Part shown: positions 28,493-35,052 of the stretch, in pieces | Position numbering within the stretch: the stretch's first letter is position 1 | Layout of the letters: the number at the start of each line of letters is the position of its first letter | NCBI GenBank assembly: GCA_965215165.1 | Contig: CBDCCX010000006.1 | Coordinates: forward strand, 622,959-686,958 | Direction of reading: 5' to 3' | DNA from: Rhodothermales bacterium | GTDB taxonomy: Bacteria > Bacteroidota > Rhodothermia > Rhodothermales > JANQRZ01 | Length of the DNA: 64,000 nt | Translations under genes and position numbers: made by a program | Notes under the pieces: model-generated | The model's input: the letters and a program-made list of their open reading frames with translations, nothing else | What the model was told of the DNA's origin: nothing | The model's database searches: none

Positions 28493-28900
28493 ATGAGAAC
28501 GGCTCTGGGGATAGGACTGGTGGCGCTGTGCCTCGCCTCGGCGGGCGCGCAGGCGCAGCCGACGGCCGGGCGCGCTGCCGAGGCCGGCCTCCCGCTCGTC
28601 GAGGTCTTCGAGGACGTGCTCGCGTCGAACACGCAGCACCGGAGCGTCGCCGAGGGACCGGAGGGCCTGCTCTACTTCGGCACGCCGCGCGGGGGTGGAC
28701 GAACGTGGCGGCGAGGAGTACACGAACCTCCCGCCAGGGCGGTACACGTTCGAGGCCGAGGATGGGTGGAAGGTCCGCAGTAGCGTCGGCACGTTCGCCT
28801 TCGAGATCGCGCCGCCGTGGCATGGGACGGCGTGGGCGCGGACGCTCTTCGCCCCGGTGATGGCGCAGGTGGACCTCGCCCGCTGGCGCGCTACGCTAGC
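28493..28900 (+). pseudogene. Collapsed relic of a periplasmic-propeller/Y_Y_Y two-component sensor
   Basis: The frame starting at 28493 encodes a signal peptide plus a first propeller-like blade (MRTALGIGLVALCLASAGAQA...VAEGPEGLLYFGT). After a frame change near 28690, a Y_Y_Y-domain end follows (EEYTNLPPGRYTFEAEDGWKVRSSVGTFAFEIAPPWHGTAWARTLF). The propeller body and all cytoplasmic signalling domains are absent. The end coordinate is approximate. Confidence 0.45.
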
Positions 28901-28975
28901 TTTCGAGCTACGGCTTCGATACGAGCCACCGAGTACGGGCCACCGAGGGGTCGCACGACGAAGAAGGGCCCGCGA

Positions 28976-29063
28976 GGGCCGTTGCCCCAGGGCCGTTGCC
29001 CCAGGGCCGTTGCCCCAGGGCCGTTGCCCCAGGGCCGTTGCCCCAGGGCCGTTGCCCCAGGGC
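28976..29063. repeat. 14-bp tandem repeat GGGCCGTTGCCCCA x6 plus a partial unit
   Basis: Six identical units lie at 28976, 28990, 29004, 29018, 29032 and 29046, followed by GGGC at 29060-29063. Six units total 84 nt, so every reading frame stays open across the array. Confidence 0.95.
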
Positions 29064-29246
29064 AGCGGGACGTGGCATAGCTTCCCTAGCTCACGCCGAC
29101 CGAGTAGCTCGAGACCCGCCATCCACCCGCTCCGCGCGCTCCGCCTCCCGTTCCTGTTCGTCGTCCTCACGGGCGTCGGGTACGCTGCCGTCTACGCGCT
29201 CGCGCCGCCCGAGGTGGGGCCGGTCGAGACCCCGGCGCTGCGGTGG

Positions 29247-30548
29247 ATGCTGGCCGTCGTGCTAGCCGCCGTCGGGGTGCTCGCCGTGCGGCTGGTGCGC
29301 TTCTTCGTGCTGGACGTGGTCTTCCTCCGCACCCAGGGCCACCGCGCGCCCGCGCTCGTCCACATCATCGTGGCCCTGGTGCTCTACTTCGTGCTCGGCC
29401 TCGCGATCGCGGGCGGGGTGTTCGGGCAGAGCCTGACCGGGGCGATCGCGACGAGCGCGGTGGCGTCGGTCGTGCTCGGCCTCGCGTTGCAGGAGACGCT
29501 GGGCAACTTCTTCGCCGGGGTCGCGCTCCAGATCGGCAGCCCGTTCCGCACCGGCGACGTGATCCGGCTCGGCGAGCACGAGGGCCGGGTCGCCTCGTTC
29601 AACTGGCGCGCCACGACGGTCGTCACGCCCGACGACGCGCGGATCGTGCTCCCGAACGCGCTCGTGGCCGGGGAGCCGATCGAGGTCTTCGCCCGCGCCC
29701 GGCCGGCGCGCCGCCGGCTCGCGGTGCCGGCCCCCTACGAGGTGGCCCCGCAGCGGATCGTCGGCGTGATTCAGCGCGCCATCGTCGGGGTGCCGGGCGT
29801 CGCCGAGCGGCCGACGCCGCAGGTCCGCGTAGCCGCCTTCGGGGACTCGTCGCTCGACTACGAGGTGCTCTACTGGGCCGAGGACTACCTCCGCGTCGCC
29901 CACACGGACGCGCTGGTCCGGGAGCGCGTGTGGTACGCCTTCTCGCGGAACGACATCTCGATCCCCTTCCCGCACGAGGTCGAGGTGCCCTACGAGCCGC
30001 CGAGCGCCAGCACTCAGGACCCGGTGGAGGAGCGGGCGCGGTGGCTCGGCGAGGCCTCCCTGCTGGAGCTGCTCACGGCCGAGGAGCGGCACCGCCTCGC
30101 CGAGCGCTCGCGGACCCTGCTCTTCTCGCCCGGCGAAACCCTGCTGCGGGCCGGCGACCCCGGCGGCTCGATGTTCGTCCTCTACCGGGGGCGGGTCGAG
30201 ATCCGCGTCCCGGCCCCGAGCGGCGGCCTGGTCCGCGTGGCCGAGATCGCGCCGGGCGAGGTGATCGGCGAGATGTCGCTTCTGACCGGCGAGGACCGCT
30301 CGGCCGATGCGGTCGCGCTGAGCGAGGTCGGCGTGGTGGAGGTGCGGCGGGCGGAGATGAAGAGCCTCCTGGACGCGAACGCGGCGCTCGCCGAGGCCCT
30401 CGCGCGCGAGGAGAGCGAGCGCCTCGCGCAACGCGCCGACGCCTTCGCCCGCGCCGAGGCCCGCAGCCGCGGGACGACCACCCCCGCCTCGATCCTCCAG
30501 CGCATCCGCCGCTTCTTCGACCTCGACGGCGCGTCGCGGCCTCGCTGA
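29247..30548 (+). CDS. MscS-like mechanosensitive channel with C-terminal cyclic-nucleotide-binding domain (bCNG type)
   Basis: ATG at 29247; an in-frame GTG at 29214 is also possible. Three TM spans. MscS core AIATSAVASVVLGLALQETLGNFFAGVALQIGSPFRTGDVIRL. cNMP-binding domain FSPGETLLRAGDPGGSMFVLYRGRVEI...GEVIGEMSLLTGEDRSADAVA. The part of ORF 28695..30548 upstream of this start is repeat or relic sequence. Confidence 0.8.
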   Translation: MLAVVLAAVGVLAVRLVRFFVLDVVFLRTQGHRAPALVHIIVALVLYFVLGLAIAGGVFGQSLTGAIATSAVASVVLGLALQETLGNFFAGVALQIGSPFRTGDVIRLGEHEGRVASFNWRATTVVTPDDARIVLPNALVAGEPIEVFARARPARRRLAVPAPYEVAPQRIVGVIQRAIVGVPGVAERPTPQVRVAAFGDSSLDYEVLYWAEDYLRVAHTDALVRERVWYAFSRNDISIPFPHEVEVPYEPPSASTQDPVEERARWLGEASLLELLTAEERHRLAERSRTLLFSPGETLLRAGDPGGSMFVLYRGRVEIRVPAPSGGLVRVAEIAPGEVIGEMSLLTGEDRSADAVALSEVGVVEVRRAEMKSLLDANAALAEALAREESERLAQRADAFARAEARSRGTTTPASILQRIRRFFDLDGASRPR

Positions 30549-30720
30549 AAGCCGCTGGTTGGCGTGGAGGCCGTGCCCGGCGCGGCCGGCCTGGAGGTGC
30601 GGCACCCGCGCGTCCGGTGACGGCGTTGGAGGAGGCGGCGCAGAGATAGTATTTTGAGGCGAGCACTTTTCTCGAGGCGGCTCCCCTCGCTCTAGCTCGT
30701 TCTGCTCAGCGCACAGCATC

Positions 30721-31110
30721 ATGGCTCAGGTAACACTGCACGTCTACGAGAACGAGGGGTTCGCCCTCATTTCCTTCGCCGGCGAAGTGCACGGGGACGA
30801 CATCGTGGCGGCGGCCCGCGACCTCCACGAGCACCCGCAGTGGAAGCGGGACTTCCACGTCATCTGGGACGGGCGCGGGGTGACGACGCTCGTCATCGGG
30901 CCGGAGGACGTGCCCGCGATGGTCGAGGCCAAGATGGAGGTCAGCACGGGCCGCGAGGTGACCGTAGCCGTGCGCGACGTGGACCAGGAGCTGGGGAAGC
31001 TCTGCGCCCTCCTGCTCCGGGTGCGGGGCCGCGAGGCCGTGGTGGTCGATTCGCTCGGGGACGCCTTCGCCGAGCTGGGCCTCGCGCAGGTGCCGGGGGC
31101 GCTCGAGTGA
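30721..31110 (+). CDS. Hypothetical protein (possibly a STAS/SpoIIAA-like fold)
   Basis: 129-aa ORF with an ATG start and GC-rich third positions. The alternating pattern FALISFAGEVHGDDIV...HVIWDGRGVTTL suggests a STAS-like fold. This is unverified. Confidence 0.45.
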   Translation: MAQVTLHVYENEGFALISFAGEVHGDDIVAAARDLHEHPQWKRDFHVIWDGRGVTTLVIGPEDVPAMVEAKMEVSTGREVTVAVRDVDQELGKLCALLLRVRGREAVVVDSLGDAFAELGLAQVPGALE

Positions 31111-31225
31111 CCCTCCCTGGGTAGCCTCGCCGCGCCGCCTCCCTTCGGTGGGGCGCGGCGCGTCGTGATTCCTGCGGCTGCCGTACCTTCGGCGGTCGTT
31201 CACCTCCCATCCGTGCCCGTCCTCC

Positions 31226-31696
31226 ATGCCCGTCGTTCTCCGCCAGGTTCTGATCGGCCTCGGCGTCGTCGCCCTCCAGTGGTTCGTGCTCGGCCGGCTT
31301 CAGCTCTGGGGGGCGTACCCCGACGCGGTGCTGCTCTTCGTGATCTACGCGGCGCTCCGCTTCGGGCGCGTCTTCGGGGCGACGGCCGGCTTCGCGACGG
31401 GCTTCCTGCTGGACGTGCTCTACGGGACGTGGGGCATCCACATGTTCGTCAAGACGCTGACCGGGTTCGCGGTCGGGACGTTTGGGACGCTCGGGACGGA
31501 TGTGTCTCGGCTCGGCGTGCTGCGAGGTGGGGGCCTGATGGGGATGACGGCTGCGGTGCACCAGGGGGTGTTCGTGCTCGTCCTCCTGCTGGCGCGCGGC
31601 GCGCTGTCGACGGACCTGGTCTGGTCGCTGTGGGCCGGGGTGACGCTCTACACGACGGCCGTGGCGCTGGTGTGGCTCCTCGTCCGCTCGCGCTAG
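31226..31696 (+). CDS. mreD: Rod shape-determining protein MreD-like
   Basis: 156 aa, polytopic. The segment YPDAVLLFVIYAALRFGRVFGATAGFATGFLLDVLYGTWGIHMFVKTLTGF parallels the conserved MreD core (P..ll.l.y.al......G...GF..G.llD). No mreB or mreC lies next to it. Confidence 0.55.
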   Translation: MPVVLRQVLIGLGVVALQWFVLGRLQLWGAYPDAVLLFVIYAALRFGRVFGATAGFATGFLLDVLYGTWGIHMFVKTLTGFAVGTFGTLGTDVSRLGVLRGGGLMGMTAAVHQGVFVLVLLLARGALSTDLVWSLWAGVTLYTTAVALVWLLVRSR

Positions 31697-31733
31697 CGGC
31701 GCGTCCGCTGGCACTAGCGGGAGTCCGCGGGCG

Positions 31734-32561
31734 TTAGCGGAGGGCGTCCTCGAGCGTCGTCGCCGCGTCGGTCGAGGCGTCGCGGTACTTGACGATGCAC
31801 GGCGCGCTGAGGCTCAGCCCGTGCTGACGCCCGAAGCCGGAGTCGACGGCGCGCGTGCCGGGGACGACGACGGCCCCGGCGGGGATCTCGAGCGGCCCGT
31901 CGCCGACCCGCTGGATCATCGTCTCGTTGGCGAGGTCGTAGACCCGCGCGGAGCCGGTCAGGATCACGCCCGCGGCGAGCACCGCGCCCTCGCGCACCAC
32001 GCACCCCTCGTAGACCCCGCACCCGCCGCCGACGAACACGTCGTCCTCGATCACGACGGGCACCGCGCCGATGGGCTCGAGCACGCCGCCGACCTGGGCC
32101 GCCGCCGAGAGGTGGACCCGCTTGCCGATCTGGGCGCAGCTCCCGACGAGCGCGTGCGAGTCTACCATCGTGCCGGCGTCCACGTAGGCCCCGACGTTGA
32201 CGTACATCGGCGGCATGCACACCACGCCGGGCGCGAGGTACGAGCCGCGCCGGACCGCCGAGCCGCCGGGCACGACGCGGACGCCCCGGTCCAGGCCGAG
32301 CCGCTGCGTCGGGTAGGTGGCCTTGTCGAAGAACGCGAAGGGGCCGTCGGAGTAGTCGACGATCTCGCCGAGCCGGAAGCCGAGCAGGATGCCCTCCTTC
32401 ACCCAGCCGTTGGCGCGCCACCGCCCCCCCTCGCGCTCGGCCGCGCGGACGGTGCCGGCCTCGAGCGCGTCGAGAAACGTCTCGAGGTCGGCGAGCGCGG
32501 CGTCCCGGTCGAGGGCGTCGGCGGAGGTGTGGCCTTCGATGGCGGCGCGAAGATCAGACAT
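31734..32561 (-). CDS. dapD: 2,3,4,5-tetrahydropyridine-2,6-dicarboxylate N-succinyltransferase
   Basis: ATG at 32561 ([10 protein letters not shown]). Contains hexapeptide-repeat left-handed helix sequence ([43 protein letters not shown]...[17 protein letters not shown]) and has DapD length and ends. Confidence 0.88.
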   Translation of the reverse strand: MSDLRAAIEGHTSADALDRDAALADLETFLDALEAGTVRAAEREGGRWRANGWVKEGILLGFRLGEIVDYSDGPFAFFDKATYPTQRLGLDRGVRVVPGGSAVRRGSYLAPGVVCMPPMYVNVGAYVDAGTMVDSHALVGSCAQIGKRVHLSAAAQVGGVLEPIGAVPVVIEDDVFVGGGCGVYEGCVVREGAVLAAGVILTGSARVYDLANETMIQRVGDGPLEIPAGAVVVPGTRAVDSGFGRQHGLSLSAPCIVKYRDASTDAATTLEDALR

Positions 32562-32619
32562 GGCGGAAGGCGAGGGGAAGGCAAGGCAACACACCGGCGG
32601 TGGGTCCGGGAAGTGGCAC

Positions 32620-33519
32620 TCAGGCAGCGGCCGTTTCGACGTGGGGCCGGTAGGCGTCGAGCACGCGGGTCCGGGTCTCGGGAGACACCGGCGCGAGCGG
32701 CGGGCGGACCGACTCGGCCAGCATCCCCATCTCGGCGAGCACCGCCTTGACCGGGCCGGGGTTGGCCTCGAAGAACGACGCGCGCATCGCGCCGAGCAAG
32801 GCGAAGTGCTGGGCGCGCGCCGCCTCGAAGTCGCCCCGCAGCCCGAGGCGCACCATCTCCGAGACGGCCCCCGGCACCGCGTTAGCGATCACCGACACCA
32901 ACCCGTCCGCGCCGAGCGCGAGCATCGGGAGGGTGAGGTCGTCGTCGCCCGAGTAGACCCCGAAGCCGTCGGGCCGGTGCGCGAGGAGGTCGGCAACCTG
33001 GTTCAGGTCGCCGCTCGCCTCCTTGGTGCCGAAGACCGACGGCACGGCCTCGGCGAGGCGGAGGGTGGTCTCGGCCGTGATGTTGGAGCCGGTGCGGCCG
33101 GGCACGTTGTAGAGCAGGAGCGGCGCGTCGGTGGCGTCGGCGATCATCGAGACGTGGCGCAGCAGCCCGGCCGGCGTCGGCTTGTTGTAGTACGGCCCGA
33201 CGATCAGGAGCGCGTCCGCCCCGGCGTCGGCGGCCTCCTCTGAGAAGGTCACACTCTGCGCCGTGTTGTTGGTCCCGGTCCCGACGACGACCGGCACCCG
33301 CCCGGCTGTCTGCTCCACGGCGAGGTCCACCAAACGCCGCCGCTCGTCGGGCGTGACGGTCGGGTTCTCGCCCGTCGTGCCGAGCACCACGAGGGCCTCC
33401 ATCCCGCCGTCGATCTGAAAGTCGATGAGGCGGCGGAAGGCGGCTTCGTCGATCCGGTCGTCCGGCGTGAACGGGGTGACGAGGGCGGGCGCGGTGCCGC
33501 GGAAGAGAAGGGTTGCCAT
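32620..33519 (-). CDS. dapA: 4-hydroxy-tetrahydrodipicolinate synthase
   Basis: 299 aa. Motifs seen: [35 protein letters not shown], and FGTKEASG (Schiff-base Lys context). Confidence 0.92.
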   Translation of the reverse strand: MATLLFRGTAPALVTPFTPDDRIDEAAFRRLIDFQIDGGMEALVVLGTTGENPTVTPDERRRLVDLAVEQTAGRVPVVVGTGTNNTAQSVTFSEEAADAGADALLIVGPYYNKPTPAGLLRHVSMIADATDAPLLLYNVPGRTGSNITAETTLRLAEAVPSVFGTKEASGDLNQVADLLAHRPDGFGVYSGDDDLTLPMLALGADGLVSVIANAVPGAVSEMVRLGLRGDFEAARAQHFALLGAMRASFFEANPGPVKAVLAEMGMLAESVRPPLAPVSPETRTRVLDAYRPHVETAAA

Positions 33520-33567
33520 CGGAGGAACGGGGGGTTGAAAGATCAGTGAGTTGAGCAGGCGGTGTAG

Positions 33568-33587
33568 GGGCGAGGCGCGCCTCGCCC
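33568..33587. repeat. Perfect 20-nt palindrome GGGCGAGGCG|CGCCTCGCCC in the dapB-dapA spacer
   Basis: Read directly. Its ends (GGGCGA..TCGCCC) resemble the GGGCGACC/GGTCGCCC family, but the core differs. Confidence 0.6.
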
Positions 33588-33612
33588 GAAGGCTGGCGCG
33601 GCATCAATGAGT

Positions 33613-34383
33613 TTACCCCTCCATCTCCCCAAGCATGTCGTCGAGCGTGAAGAGGCCGGTGCGGCCGGGGAGCCACTCGGCGGCGCGGACGGCCCCAGCG
33701 GCGAACGCCTCGCGGCCCTTGGCGACGTGGCGGAAGGTGAGCTGATCGACCGGGCTGTCGAACCCGACCGTGTGCTCGCCGAAGACGTGCCCGGCCCGCG
33801 CCGAGGTGACGTGGAGCGCGGCGGGGTCGATGGCACCATGCTGCGCTTCGGTCTCGGTGTGCGTCTTGCGCGCGAGCCCGCCGAGCAGCTCGTCGGCGAG
33901 CAGCAAGGCCGTGCCGCTCGGGCTGTCAATCTTGTGGGCGTGGTGGACTTCGTGGACCCAGGCGTCGTACGCCCCCAGCCGGTCGAGGAGCGGGAGCGCG
34001 CCCCGCAAGGCCCGGACCAGGACGGCCACGCCGAGCGAGAAGTTGGGGGCCCAGAGAATCCCGTTCTGCCCCTCGTCCACCCAGCCCCGAACCTTGCTCA
34101 GCTCGTCCGTCCAGCCCGTCGTCCCGACGACCGCGTCGAGGCCCCAGAAGCAGTATTGGTGGAGGTGGTCGAGCGCCACGTCCGGGGTCGAGAAGTCGAT
34201 GGCGAGGTCCGCCCCGTTGAGCTCGCCTTCGGGGTCGCGCACGTCCGCGAGCGGGCGCGCCGCGTCGAACCGGGCGACGATGGCGTGGGGGCTGCGCTCG
34301 ACGACGGCCTCGACGGCCTGCCCCATGCGGCCGGTCCCGACCAGAGCGATGGCGAGTGCGTCCGGCATCAGTGCGTCCGGCAT
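33613..34383 (-). CDS. dapB: 4-hydroxy-tetrahydrodipicolinate reductase
   Basis: ATG at 34383, sharing 1 nt with the upstream stop (TGATG). A second ATG at 34368 arose from a 15-bp duplication (MPDAL-MPDAL). Motifs seen: IALVGTGRMGQAV and VHEVHHAHKIDSPSGTAL. Confidence 0.9.
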   Translation of the reverse strand: MPDALMPDALAIALVGTGRMGQAVEAVVERSPHAIVARFDAARPLADVRDPEGELNGADLAIDFSTPDVALDHLHQYCFWGLDAVVGTTGWTDELSKVRGWVDEGQNGILWAPNFSLGVAVLVRALRGALPLLDRLGAYDAWVHEVHHAHKIDSPSGTALLLADELLGGLARKTHTETEAQHGAIDPAALHVTSARAGHVFGEHTVGFDSPVDQLTFRHVAKGREAFAAGAVRAAEWLPGRTGLFTLDDMLGEMEG

Positions 34384-35045
34384 CAGGCGGCGAGGGTCGA
34401 GATGAAGGCGTTGAAGCGGATGGGGTCGCGCAGCGGCGGGCCGTGGCCGAAGACGACGAGCGCCGGGTTCAGCCCGAGGAGCGTGCGGGCCGAGGCGCGG
34501 TTCTGCACCGGGTCCGGCGTGAACACCTTTGGCGGTTCGTGCAGACCGGGGACCGTCGTGAGGAGGTGCATCCCGTTGAGCACGTCGCCGAGGATGAGGG
34601 TCCGGTCCGCCTCGCGCCAGTAGACGACGTGCCCCGGCGAGTGGCCGGGCGTCTCGATCACCGTGAAGCCGCCGACGGTGTCGCCCCCGCGGAGCCGCCG
34701 CGCCACCGGGTGGGCCGGCCCGCCGCGCGAGCGCATGAACCGGGCTACCGCGTTGTCCGGCATCAGCGGCCTGAGGTCGCCGGCCTCGACCGCGAGGGCG
34801 TCGGCCGCCCCGCACCAGAGCGGGACGCCGAGCGCCTGGCACACGGCGTGGCTCGCGCCCTGATGGTCGGGGTGGCCGTGGGTGAGGGCGTGGGCGGTGA
34901 CGGGGTGCCCGCGCAGGGCCTTTAGGATTTTTCCGGCGTTCTTCGGCACGCCCGCGTCGAAAAGGACGCCGCCCGCGACGTAGGCGTTGACGCCGCTGCG
35001 GGGCATCAGCGGGAGGTGGTAGACATCGTCGGCGATCTGGCGCAT
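34383..35045 (-). CDS. MBL-fold metallo-hydrolase
   Basis: ATG at 35045 (MRQIADDVYHL). 220 aa. Motifs seen: THGHPDHQG (HxHxDH) and ETPGHSPGH. It starts 7 nt after the thrA stop, and its stop overlaps the dapB start. Confidence 0.85.
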   Translation of the reverse strand: MRQIADDVYHLPLMPRSGVNAYVAGGVLFDAGVPKNAGKILKALRGHPVTAHALTHGHPDHQGASHAVCQALGVPLWCGAADALAVEAGDLRPLMPDNAVARFMRSRGGPAHPVARRLRGGDTVGGFTVIETPGHSPGHVVYWREADRTLILGDVLNGMHLLTTVPGLHEPPKVFTPDPVQNRASARTLLGLNPALVVFGHGPPLRDPIRFNAFISTLAA

Positions 35046-35052
35046 GGGGATT

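Noticed and set aside
28976-29063. Tandem arrays at 28976, 13055 and 8220 considered as CRISPR arrays
   Set aside because: The units are contiguous with no spacers, and at 14-18 bp they are far shorter than CRISPR repeats. No cas genes are present.
28695-30548. The 617-aa ORF read as a single protein (Y_Y_Y relic + repeat array + MscS channel)
   Set aside because: The first 180 or so codons consist of a frameshifted sensor fragment, Arg-rich filler and a 14-bp (non-triplet) repeat array. The channel has a normal three-TM start at ATG 29247. I keep the read-through possibility only as a note under the repeat finding.
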